A stretch of DNA of 64,000 nt. Origin: Planctomycetota bacterium (GTDB lineage Bacteria; Planctomycetota; UBA8108; SXIK01). Position numbers and translations under genes: made by a program. Below, piece by piece: positions 44,325-52,763 of the stretch; position 1 is the first letter of the stretch; each line of letters begins with the position of its first letter. A model generated the notes under the pieces. That model was given only the letters and a program-made list of their open reading frames with translations. It did not search any database and was not told the DNA's origin. The DNA lies in the NCBI GenBank assembly GCA_965223845.1, contig CBDCXR010000004.1, forward strand, positions 6,912,001-6,976,000, written 5' to 3'.

Positions 44325-46733
44325 CTAGAAGCTCACCCCGAGAGTGATGCCGAACAGACGATCGCGGTCGCCTCGCTCACGAGCGAGCGCTTCGACGAAG
44401 AAGATGTCTGCCGTACCGAAGCCCGGCAGGCGGACTTCGATGCCGCCGCCCGCCGCCGTCCGGAACCGATTCGGTGAGAGGCGTGAGATTCGGGGTTCGA
44501 GTGTCCCCCAGTCGAAGAGCGCCATGCCCCGCACTTCGCGCCAAACGAGCGGAAACGAATAGCGCACCGTGCCGTGGAGCGCGGCTTCTCCGCCGATTGG
44601 CGTCACGCCGCCGTGCGGACCGAGGCGACGATAGGCGAAACCGCGAAAGTCGCGCGGACCGCCGAGAAAGAACCGTTCCGCGATATGCGTCCCGTCGCCG
44701 AGGCCGTCCGTGAGCGACAGCCGCGCTCCGAAGTGAAGGCGATGCGCGAGATCGATCCGCCGATCGAAGAGGTGGACTGAGTACTCGGCGCTCGCCTCGG
44801 CACGCCAGAACTCCCACTCGGAACCCGTCGCGTCGCCGGCGACGGCTCCGCGCAGCTCGGCGGCGAGGCCGCGACGACCCGAGAAGAAATTGAACTTCGT
44901 GTCGTCCCAGCGGAGCGAGAGCTCGGGATACGCGAACCAAGTCGTTCCGCGATCGCGTCGAACGGCGAGGGGCGCGTCGTCCTCGAGATCTTCGATCCGC
45001 ACGCGATCGACCACGAAGGCGAGCGCACTCGAGAGACGATGGTCCTCGAGCAAGAATCGGCGCAGTTCGACGTCCGCGCGAACATGAGTCTCGTCGTAGC
45101 TTCGCCGCGAAAAGACGTCGCCACCGAAGCGCAGGCGAAGGGCGAGATCGCGGCTGCCGAGGTACGGCTCCGAAAAGAGAAGCTGGTAGCTCGATTCGCG
45201 GTTTCCGGGGAGCGCCGTGAGTTCGATGCTCTGACCGCCGCCGACGAACGCGCCGCGCCAGTCGCGCCATCCCGCGGGGAGGCGAAAGAGGTCGAAGTTC
45301 TCGTGCGCGAGGCGGAAGAAGCCCACCTCGCCCGCTCCCGTCGTCGCGCCGCCGCCCGCTTCGATGATGCCGGGACGATCCTTCTCCGTCACGACGACGT
45401 CGACGATCTTGCGTCCGGGCTCCGAACCGTCGAGGACTTCGACCGCGGCGTCGGCGAAGATCCCGCGCTCGGCGATTCGCTCGAGTGTCAGCTTCAGTCG
45501 TTCCGCCGTGAAGGGCTCTCCGGGACGGAGGGCGACGTCCTGGCGAACGACACGGTCGCGAGTGAGGCGGTTTCCCGTCACACGGAGTTCCTCGACGACG
45601 ATCGGTGCGCGCTCGGCTACGTCGAGGACGAGGACGAGCTCCGCCGTCTCGGGAAAGAGTACGGGTCGAGGCTCGATCTGAGGAATTCGCTGCGAGACCG
45701 TCTGATAGAACCGTGAGAGCCGTTCCCGCGCCTCCTCGGCTTCTTCGGCGTCGTAGAAACCGCCGCTCTCGAAGCCGGCCGCTCGCTCGAGCACCGCGGT
45801 CGGAAACAATCGGTGTCCCTCGATGCGAAGGCCGCGGACCTTCCAGCGTCGACCTTCATCGACGCGAAATGCGAGACGGACTCCAGTCCGCGCGCGATTG
45901 AACTCGATCCCCTCGTACGCCGCGCGCGCGGTGACCCAGCCGTGGCGCCGGTAGTATCGCTCGAGCCGGGCGACGTCGGCGGCGACTTCGCGCGGGACGT
46001 AGTACCCCTTAGCCGCGAGCCCGAAGAGACGACGGGGCTGATTGACGAGAATGGTGTGCAGCTCGCGCGCGGGGATCGACCGGGCCCCGCGGATCTCGAC
46101 ATCGATCAGATGCACGCGGTGCCCTTCGCGTATCGAGAACGTAAGCACGTGATGTCCCGGCGCGGGCTCGGAGAGGTCGGGATGGATCGTCGCGAGGAGA
46201 AAACCGTCTCGCGCGTACGCGTCTTCGAGGTTCGCGCGCGCCAGCGAGACCATGTCCGAAACGATCGGATCGCCGACGCGAACGAGCGAGTGGATCGCTC
46301 CGGCGACGATCGGGTCGCTGAGCGCGTCGTTCCCGCTCCACTCGATCGCGCGAAGGATCGGAGCCTCGACGAGCTCGAACGTCACGCGCACGCCGGAGCG
46401 GTCGGCGAACTCCGGATCGTCGACCGGTTCGACCTGTGGGGCGCCCACCGCGCTCAACGCCGGCCAGTTCCGCAGCCGCTCGTGGGCGCGTCGGCCCACG
46501 TCGTCGCTCCACGGAGACCCGAGGCTCAGTCCCGCGACGCTCGCGAGAGCCTCCGGAGCGATCGTTCGATTGCCGCGAAACTCGAGCTCGACGAGCACTC
46601 GATCGAGAACCGTACCGGCCGGGTCGGACGTCGCGTCGGGCTGCGCTAAGATCGTCGGTGCCGCAGCGATCGCCGCCACGAGCGTGAGCGTCCGGCGAAT
46701 GACGTCGCGTTCGGCGGCGAGAAACGAGTTCAA
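44325..46733 (-). CDS. Omp85/BamA-family outer membrane protein with five POTRA-like domains
   Basis: POTRA starts FRGN, WSGN, IRGA, IEGH and VTGN(RLTRDRVV). ENFDLFRLP...AFVGGGQ loop, FSEPY, lid motif DFRGF and terminal Phe. Confidence 0.85.
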   Translation of the reverse strand: MNSFLAAERDVIRRTLTLVAAIAAAPTILAQPDATSDPAGTVLDRVLVELEFRGNRTIAPEALASVAGLSLGSPWSDDVGRRAHERLRNWPALSAVGAPQVEPVDDPEFADRSGVRVTFELVEAPILRAIEWSGNDALSDPIVAGAIHSLVRVGDPIVSDMVSLARANLEDAYARDGFLLATIHPDLSEPAPGHHVLTFSIREGHRVHLIDVEIRGARSIPARELHTILVNQPRRLFGLAAKGYYVPREVAADVARLERYYRRHGWVTARAAYEGIEFNRARTGVRLAFRVDEGRRWKVRGLRIEGHRLFPTAVLERAAGFESGGFYDAEEAEEARERLSRFYQTVSQRIPQIEPRPVLFPETAELVLVLDVAERAPIVVEELRVTGNRLTRDRVVRQDVALRPGEPFTAERLKLTLERIAERGIFADAAVEVLDGSEPGRKIVDVVVTEKDRPGIIEAGGGATTGAGEVGFFRLAHENFDLFRLPAGWRDWRGAFVGGGQSIELTALPGNRESSYQLLFSEPYLGSRDLALRLRFGGDVFSRRSYDETHVRADVELRRFLLEDHRLSSALAFVVDRVRIEDLEDDAPLAVRRDRGTTWFAYPELSLRWDDTKFNFFSGRRGLAAELRGAVAGDATGSEWEFWRAEASAEYSVHLFDRRIDLAHRLHFGARLSLTDGLGDGTHIAERFFLGGPRDFRGFAYRRLGPHGGVTPIGGEAALHGTVRYSFPLVWREVRGMALFDWGTLEPRISRLSPNRFRTAAGGGIEVRLPGFGTADIFFVEALARERGDRDRLFGITLGVSF

Positions 46734-46789
46734 ATCGGCTTCCTGACTGCGACCATCGTTCGGGCGCGCGGCCGTCGCTCGCGGGCGGC

Positions 46790-46818
46790 TTGAAGCGCGT
46801 CCGAGCCTGTCTTACAAT
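46790..46818 (+). promoter_or_regulatory. Sigma70-type promoter
   Basis: TTGAAG (46790-95), 17 bp spacer, TACAAT (46813-18), upstream of the gene at 46894. Confidence 0.65.
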
Positions 46819-46893
46819 CCCCGCCCCTCGCCGTCGATAGCGCGGTTTCGAATTCGTTCGAGGAGTCTCCGACCAACGCAGCGCTCGATCCCG

Positions 46894-47436
46894 ATGTCCC
46901 CGCGCTTTCTCATCGTTCGCGATCACAAAGAAAACAAGCGAAAGTGCACGCTCTCGGCTCTCGTTGATCATCCGAGGTTCGAGTTCGTCGACTTGCCGCA
47001 TCCAGATCGTGGCCCGTCGGTGGTCGAGATCGAAGGCGGTATTCTTCTCTCGCCCGATGGTCCCGAGCTCACGCCGCACGATCGCGCGGTGACGGCGACT
47101 CAGCGCATCGTCGTGATCGATTCGACTTGGGCGCGAGTCCCGCGCGTTGTCGAACGTTTACGGCTCGCCGAGGGAAGCTCGCTCGAGCCGCGCTCGCTTC
47201 CCCGGTCTCTCGTCACCGCGTATCCGCGAACGTCGAAACTCTACGACGATCCGAAGCGCGGGCTCGCTAGTGTCGAAGCCGTATTCGCGGCGACGGTTCT
47301 TCTCGGTGAGCCCGATCCATCCATTCTCACCGAGTATCGGTGGGCGCGAGCGTTTCTCGATCTCAACGTCTTGACATGGACGAGCTCCGGATGGGATCCT
47401 CGACGCCCTCGCGGTGCGTCCTCTTCCATCTCTTGA
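46894..47436 (+). CDS. Tsr3/DTW (TDD superfamily) putative RNA aminocarboxypropyltransferase
   Basis: HKENKRKCT, LLSPDG, VVIDSTW (DTW motif), RSLP, GLASVEA and the Tsr3-like YRWARAFLDLN. Confidence 0.75.
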   Translation: MSPRFLIVRDHKENKRKCTLSALVDHPRFEFVDLPHPDRGPSVVEIEGGILLSPDGPELTPHDRAVTATQRIVVIDSTWARVPRVVERLRLAEGSSLEPRSLPRSLVTAYPRTSKLYDDPKRGLASVEAVFAATVLLGEPDPSILTEYRWARAFLDLNVLTWTSSGWDPRRPRGASSSIS

Positions 47437-47463
47437 CCGCTCGACGGGCGTGTGCTCTGTCTC

Positions 47464-47685
47464 ATGCACGAAGACGAGATCCTGACGATCGAAGAAGTCG
47501 CCGCGTACTTGAAACTGAAGCCCCAGACGATTTACCGCTGGGCGCACACGGGGAAAATTCCCGGCGCGAAGCTCGGAAAAGAGTGGCGGTTTCGGCGCTC
47601 GTCCATCGAGGCATGGATCGACCAGCGCATCGACGAGCAAGCGCGCGAAGGGTCGAAGTCGCGCGATGGCGTCTCGAGGAACTAA
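47464..47685 (+). CDS. Excisionase-family (HTH_17) DNA-binding protein
   Basis: ILTIEEVAAYLKL...TIYRW...GKIPGAKLGKEWRFRRSSIEAWI. Confidence 0.9.
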   Translation: MHEDEILTIEEVAAYLKLKPQTIYRWAHTGKIPGAKLGKEWRFRRSSIEAWIDQRIDEQAREGSKSRDGVSRN

Positions 47686-47734
47686 GAGTCCATCAAGCGC
47701 GCCGCGCTTGATGGACTCTTAGTTCTTCTTTTTT
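47679..47734 (+). terminator. 47-bp perfect palindrome followed by a T-tract, probable intrinsic terminator
   Basis: GAACTAAGAGTCCATCAAGCGCG (47679-701), then C, then CGCGCTTGATGGACTCTTAGTTC (47703-725), followed by TTCTTTTTT. It includes the HTH stop codon. Confidence 0.65.
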
Positions 47735-48102
47735 GAGGGGGCTTTCGCGAAGCCCTCTCGCCGCCGCGTCGAAGCCGCGTCGGCTCACCTAAGCGGGCGC
47801 GAGCCGTTCGGCTCGCGTGGGCTGTCCTAGCGCCGCGCTTGATGGACTCTTAGTTCTTCTTTTTTGAGGGGGCTTTCGCGAAGCCCCCTCGCCGCCGCGT
47901 CGAAGCCGCGTCGGCTCACCTAAGCGGGCGCGAGCCGTTCGGCTCGCGTGGGCTGTCCTAGCGCCGCGCTTGATGGACTCTTAGTTCTTCTTTTTTGAGG
48001 GGGCTTTCGCGAAGCCCCCTCGCCGCCGCGTCGAAGCCGCGTCGGCTTCACCTAAGCGAGCGCGAGCCGTTCGGCTCGCGTGGGCTGTCCTGGCGCCGCG
48101 CT
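47699..48102. repeat. Tandem direct repeat, 3 x 131 bp, hairpin-rich
   Basis: Units start at 47699, 47830 and 47961 (period 131; the third has a 1-bp insertion). A partial fourth start is at 48093 and a relic is near 48153-48170. Internal hairpins are GAGGGGGCTTTCGCGAAGCCCCCTC and CGCGAGCCGTTCGGCTCGCG. Confidence 0.95.
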
Positions 48103-48246
48103 CGTCCGGGGATGAGCTCGAGTTTTCTTGCGGGCATTCGCGGGCTTTCTTTCCTGGCGCCGCGCTTGTCTGTGGGGGGGCGCGATTCTGACTCTTCTTC
48201 CTTCGTTCTCTTCGCGAGCTTCTCAACTCCCTCATCTCCGCGCAGC

Positions 48247-50274
48247 TCAACGAATGTACTTTTGCGCGTAGCTCCGCACCGGCTTCCCGTTCAGAACGTG
48301 AAACCGCCGGAGCTTTTCGAGCGTGCTCCCGCTGAACCCCGAGAGCGGGAGGTAAACGAGGCGCCGGCCCACTTTCTCCGCGTACGTCTTCATCCGGCGC
48401 GTGGGCGCGTTCGGCGCGACGTAGGCTACGAATCTCTCGCGCGAATGAAGCAGCGCGGCGAATACGAGTCGCTCGGCGTCGTCTCGGGCCAAATCGAAAG
48501 TGGGATCGCTCCAGACGTCGACGATGAAACGCGGCGGGTAGAGGAAGAGCTGTCCGCCGTAAAGCGCCCGGCCGATCCCCGGTCCGACGATGTCGCGCCG
48601 GTAGTCGGTCGCGTAGAAGCTGAGCGTGCTCTCCCACTCCTGTTCGGAGAACCACGTGAGTCGCCACGGATACTTCTTCGGATCCGGTTTGTCGTAGACG
48701 ACGACCACCGCGCCGACCTGACCGCGAACGGTGGGAACCTCTCGCACGATGATCTTGCCGAGATGCAAGTTGCGGATGGTCTCTCGGAGATGGAGGCCAT
48801 CCTTCATCGAGGTCGAGAATTCCTCGAGCCGCTCCTCCGCGAGACCGCTCTCGGCGAGCGCGCGGTGCCGGACCTGACCGGCGAACGACTCGATGAGCCG
48901 ATCTTCCGGTTCCCAGGAGCACGACTCGAGAGGATTCCACGCGCTCTGCCAGCGCGCCCGCTCCTCGTCCCGCGGCGGCACCGGGAGTCGGATGCGCTTC
49001 CACTCCTTTTGTTCGTCGATGTAGCGCTTGCGCGCCGGCACGACACGGTCGTCGATCTGCATTCGATTTTCGGCAACGTCGATCGGTGCGTAGGGATCGA
49101 GACCGAACGGGCCGAACGTCGACGCGCTGCCCGGTTCCGAATCGCCGAACTCGGGAGCTGAGTCGCTGGATTCCTCGTCTCCATCGGCGGGTGGTCGGTC
49201 GAGAGAAGCGCTATCGTCCTCGCTGGGTTCGGGCGTCATCGGCGGGTAGGTTCGCGCGAGACGAACGACCTCGAGCGCGAAGGCACCTCCCCCGATTCCC
49301 TTTGCCGCGAGCACGATCTCGTAGAGTTGGGGCGTAAGACGCCGCCCGAGCAGCGAGAGGTTCCGAATGAGCTTGAGGAGCTGCTCGAACGCCATCGTCG
49401 AGATTCGTTCAAAGTCCTCGGCCGTTTCGTGATAGCGATCGCGCGCGTCGAGAAGCAACTGAGTGAGCTCGTCGGTGAGCTCGAACTCGTCGAGCGTGAT
49501 CTCCCCACGGCGTTTCTCCCACAGCCAAGTGAGATACGGGATCTCGCCGAGAAGGTGAACGAGCGACGCCGCGGTAGCGGGCCGAACGATCACGTCGTTC
49601 GGCGGAAGCGCTTCGAGGAGCGCTCGGCGTTCGTCGTCCCGGGGCGACGAGTCCACCGCCGAGCCGCTTTCGATCTCTGCGGCGAGCCGCTCGAGCCGCC
49701 GCGTGACTCCGGCGAGATGAGAAAGGCCGAGCACACAGAGGACCCGCGCGTCCGGGCGTTCGCGGCTCACCGCGAACAGACGATCGGCCATCGCCCGTTC
49801 CCGCGCGTCGTCCTGACTGCCGGGGGCGGTCGGCGGAAGCGCCGGCCGGACTGCCCGGTAGTACGACGCGAGCTGGATCACCTGAACCGAGTACGGGTCC
49901 GGGAGAATCACCTCGACGCGTTCGAAGTTTTCGACTTCGGCGTCGATCCACTCGAGCTGGCACGATTCCGCGACCGCGAGTCGAACGGCCTCCACGATCG
50001 AATCGCAGGGGTCGATCGGAAAGTAGCAGCGTGTCCCGTCGGTGTCTTCGTAGGAAACGACGGAGATCCGCGGCAGCTCGAGGACTCCTTCGAGCGTGGC
50101 GTCTCGTAGCGACGGAGGAAGCTCGACCGCGACCGTCGCGAACCGATCGGAAAGAAACAGCCGGCGGGTTTCGCGCGCGAACGCCACTCGGCCGTGGAGC
50201 GACGGAACGAACGCGATGTTCCGCCACCAAAGCGTTCCGTCGCGATCCTCGAGGCCATCGCGCGGGAGTTTCAT
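48247..50274 (-). CDS. Conserved hypothetical MoxR partner, YehM/DUF5682 (TraB-like) N-terminus
   Basis: SLHG...VAVELP...YFP...EAVRLA...WID...RERAMA...VLCVLGLSH pattern. Its start overlaps the MoxR stop (ATGA). Confidence 0.7.
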   Translation of the reverse strand: MKLPRDGLEDRDGTLWWRNIAFVPSLHGRVAFARETRRLFLSDRFATVAVELPPSLRDATLEGVLELPRISVVSYEDTDGTRCYFPIDPCDSIVEAVRLAVAESCQLEWIDAEVENFERVEVILPDPYSVQVIQLASYYRAVRPALPPTAPGSQDDARERAMADRLFAVSRERPDARVLCVLGLSHLAGVTRRLERLAAEIESGSAVDSSPRDDERRALLEALPPNDVIVRPATAASLVHLLGEIPYLTWLWEKRRGEITLDEFELTDELTQLLLDARDRYHETAEDFERISTMAFEQLLKLIRNLSLLGRRLTPQLYEIVLAAKGIGGGAFALEVVRLARTYPPMTPEPSEDDSASLDRPPADGDEESSDSAPEFGDSEPGSASTFGPFGLDPYAPIDVAENRMQIDDRVVPARKRYIDEQKEWKRIRLPVPPRDEERARWQSAWNPLESCSWEPEDRLIESFAGQVRHRALAESGLAEERLEEFSTSMKDGLHLRETIRNLHLGKIIVREVPTVRGQVGAVVVVYDKPDPKKYPWRLTWFSEQEWESTLSFYATDYRRDIVGPGIGRALYGGQLFLYPPRFIVDVWSDPTFDLARDDAERLVFAALLHSRERFVAYVAPNAPTRRMKTYAEKVGRRLVYLPLSGFSGSTLEKLRRFHVLNGKPVRSYAQKYIR

Positions 50275-51251
50275 CCCCGCGGTCCTTCGTCGCCGCGGTC
50301 GTCTTCGTCGCCGTCGTCGAGCTCCATCTCGTCGAGCGTCTCGAAGAACTGGCGGAAATCGACCAACCCCGGCAGCTCGGAGTCGAGAGTCTGCCGTTTG
50401 AAATCGCCCGCATCGGGTCCCAGGATCTGGTCGACTGCTCGTCGGAACTCGTCCGACCAGTTGTCTCCGGGTTCTGCCGCGCCGCCGGGTGTCCCGCGCT
50501 GCGCGCGGCGTTTCAGGGTGTAGCGGACGATATTGATGCCGTCGCGCACCGAGTACGGAAGCCCGTGCTCGTGCCCGCCCTGGAGAAAGTCCACCGTCAA
50601 GTTCAGCACTTCCTGCGGAGCGAACGGCAGATGGTACTTCAGAATGCGCAACTCCTCGGCGCGCTCCGGAAAGCCCAGCTCGATCGTCGGCTGGATGCGC
50701 GAGAGCATGTAGTCCGGAACTTCGAACGTCGACGCGTCGTCATTCATCGTGACGCAGGCGCGAAACGAAGCGTGCGCGGAGATGCGAATTCCCGCGACGA
50801 TGCTGTCGATGTAACGGCGGTGGTCGAAGAGCGGCGCGAGCGAAGCCCACGACTTCTCGCTCATCCGGTTCGCCTCGTCGAGGATCACTGCGCCGCCTCG
50901 CACCATCGCCGATACGAGCGGACTCGCGTGATAGCTGATCGTCTTGTCGCGCGCGAGTACCGGCGTGACCAGGAGATCTTCGGGGCGCGTGTCGACGGTG
51001 CACTGGTGAATGTACACCGGGAGGCCCACCGAGCGGGCGGCGCAGTAGGCGAGCGTGGTCTTCCCGACGCCCGGCCGACCGACGAGGCGGGGGCAGAGGG
51101 GGACGTCGTCATCGCTCACCACGAGCCACGACGCGAGAAGCTGATCCATGAGCTCCTGTTGTCCCTCCCACCGTTGGTCTTGGTCGACGGGCGAAGAGAG
51201 GACGAGCTCGATGTCGTCGATCGTTACGGTCTTGGACGGAGGATTGGTCAT
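50271..51251 (-). CDS. MoxR-family AAA+ ATPase (AAA_5; CbbQ/NirQ/YehL-like)
   Basis: Walker A GRPGVGKT, Walker B VILDEAN, ACVTMN, LSRI and YSVRDG. Start is ATG 51251. Confidence 0.9.
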   Translation of the reverse strand: MTNPPSKTVTIDDIELVLSSPVDQDQRWEGQQELMDQLLASWLVVSDDDVPLCPRLVGRPGVGKTTLAYCAARSVGLPVYIHQCTVDTRPEDLLVTPVLARDKTISYHASPLVSAMVRGGAVILDEANRMSEKSWASLAPLFDHRRYIDSIVAGIRISAHASFRACVTMNDDASTFEVPDYMLSRIQPTIELGFPERAEELRILKYHLPFAPQEVLNLTVDFLQGGHEHGLPYSVRDGINIVRYTLKRRAQRGTPGGAAEPGDNWSDEFRRAVDQILGPDAGDFKRQTLDSELPGLVDFRQFFETLDEMELDDGDEDDRGDEGPRG

Positions 51252-51639
51252 CGGGCCTCGGCGTTCGGGCTGCGAGCACCGCAGCGCGATCCTCGCTCGG
51301 GGAAGGCGCGAGACGCGCCTCGGGCCCCCCTCTTCTACCACAATTCCCGCCCGGCGCCGGTCACTGGAGGTGAATTCAGCGGCGGAGCTACCCCGCCACT
51401 TTGCATCGTAGCGATCCGTTCGGGGAGAACGGGTGAAATCGAAGCGTCGCCGGCGCGTCTTCTCTAGGAGCTAAGCGGCGGTCCCGGATCGTCGGCGCCC
51501 CAAAACGGTCCGAACGACACGCGAGACTCGGGTTCCATCTCGATGGGCGCCGCGGCACGATGGCGCGCTCGTGTGCTCGGGTGTCCGAGGGCGCCGGGGA
51601 CGAGATCGTGAATCGGGGCGAACAAGCGGAGCGAACGGA

Positions 51640-52653
51640 ATGGAGACCGAGGCGTCGGTGGCCGCCCCCCGGGGCGAGATTCGAGACGAACTTCCCGATG
51701 CGGGCCGTGAGGACGACGGGGAAATCGTCGTGCGGCTCCGTGGCGTCAGCAAGCACTTCGATACGAAGGCGGCGGTGGATCGCATCGACCTCGATGTTCC
51801 ACGCCGGAGCATCTTCGGTCTCATCGGACCGAACGGCGCGGGGAAAACGACGACGCTCAAGATGATCGCGACGCTCATCAAGCCGGACGAGGGCACGATC
51901 GAGCTCTGCGGTGAGGATCTCGAGTCGAACGTCGGCTCGCTTCGTCCGCGGCTCGGCTATATGCCCGATCAGTTCGGCCTCTTCCGCGGCCTCGGCTGCA
52001 AGGAATACCTCGAGTTTTTTGGCCGCATCCACGGCTACCACGGCGCCGATCTCGAGCGGAGAATCGCCGACGTCTTCACGCTCACCGAGCTTCACCGGGT
52101 GAGCGAAGAGCTCACGACCGCGCTTTCGACCGGCATGCGGCAGAGGCTGTCCCTCGCCAAGACCCTACTTCACGATCCCGACATCCTCGTTCTCGATGAA
52201 CCGGCGAGCGGGCTCGACCCGCGCGCGCGGATCGAGATTCGATCGCTCCTTCAGGAGCTCGGGACGATGGGGAAGACCATTCTCATCTCGAGCCACATTC
52301 TCGCGGATCTCGAAGAGATCTGTACCGACGTCGCGATCATCGAACAGGGGAAGGTCGTCTGGAGCGGTTCCCTCCGCGACGTCCAAGATTTCGACCGCAC
52401 GCGGGTCGAGGTCGCGATTCGAGTGAGCGAAAAAGACGGCGACCGCGCGAAGGAAGTGCTGAGCTCTCTCGAATGCGTCCACGATGTCCGCTCGTCTCAA
52501 GACGGCCGCCTCGACGCGCAGATCGATCCCGGATCGGGGAACGGAGTCCTTCGCGCGCTCATCGATGCGGACATCGACGTGCTCCTCTTCAAGCTCGAGG
52601 CGGTCGACCTCGAGGCTCTCTTTCTCGAACGTACGAAGGGGATCGTCTCCTGA
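51640..52653 (+). CDS. ABC-2-type transporter ATP-binding protein
   Basis: GPNGAGKTT, LSTGMRQR, LDEPASGLDP and ISSHIL. Confidence 0.95.
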   Translation: METEASVAAPRGEIRDELPDAGREDDGEIVVRLRGVSKHFDTKAAVDRIDLDVPRRSIFGLIGPNGAGKTTTLKMIATLIKPDEGTIELCGEDLESNVGSLRPRLGYMPDQFGLFRGLGCKEYLEFFGRIHGYHGADLERRIADVFTLTELHRVSEELTTALSTGMRQRLSLAKTLLHDPDILVLDEPASGLDPRARIEIRSLLQELGTMGKTILISSHILADLEEICTDVAIIEQGKVVWSGSLRDVQDFDRTRVEVAIRVSEKDGDRAKEVLSSLECVHDVRSSQDGRLDAQIDPGSGNGVLRALIDADIDVLLFKLEAVDLEALFLERTKGIVS

Positions 52654-52763
52654 CGGAACGAGATCGGAAACGAGCGAATCGTCCCGACTCGTTTTGCGGC
52701 GCCCGCCCGGGCGCGCGCGAGCTGCCCTCGACACGACGCCATCTGCGAAACGGACCGCCAAGA

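Noticed and set aside
47464-47685. Prophage or ICE marked by an excisionase
   Set aside because: No integrase, tRNA attachment site or phage genes are nearby, and stand-alone HTH_17 regulators are common.
47699-48102. CRISPR array
   Set aside because: The units are near-identical over their whole 131 bp with no unique spacers, and no cas genes are in the window.
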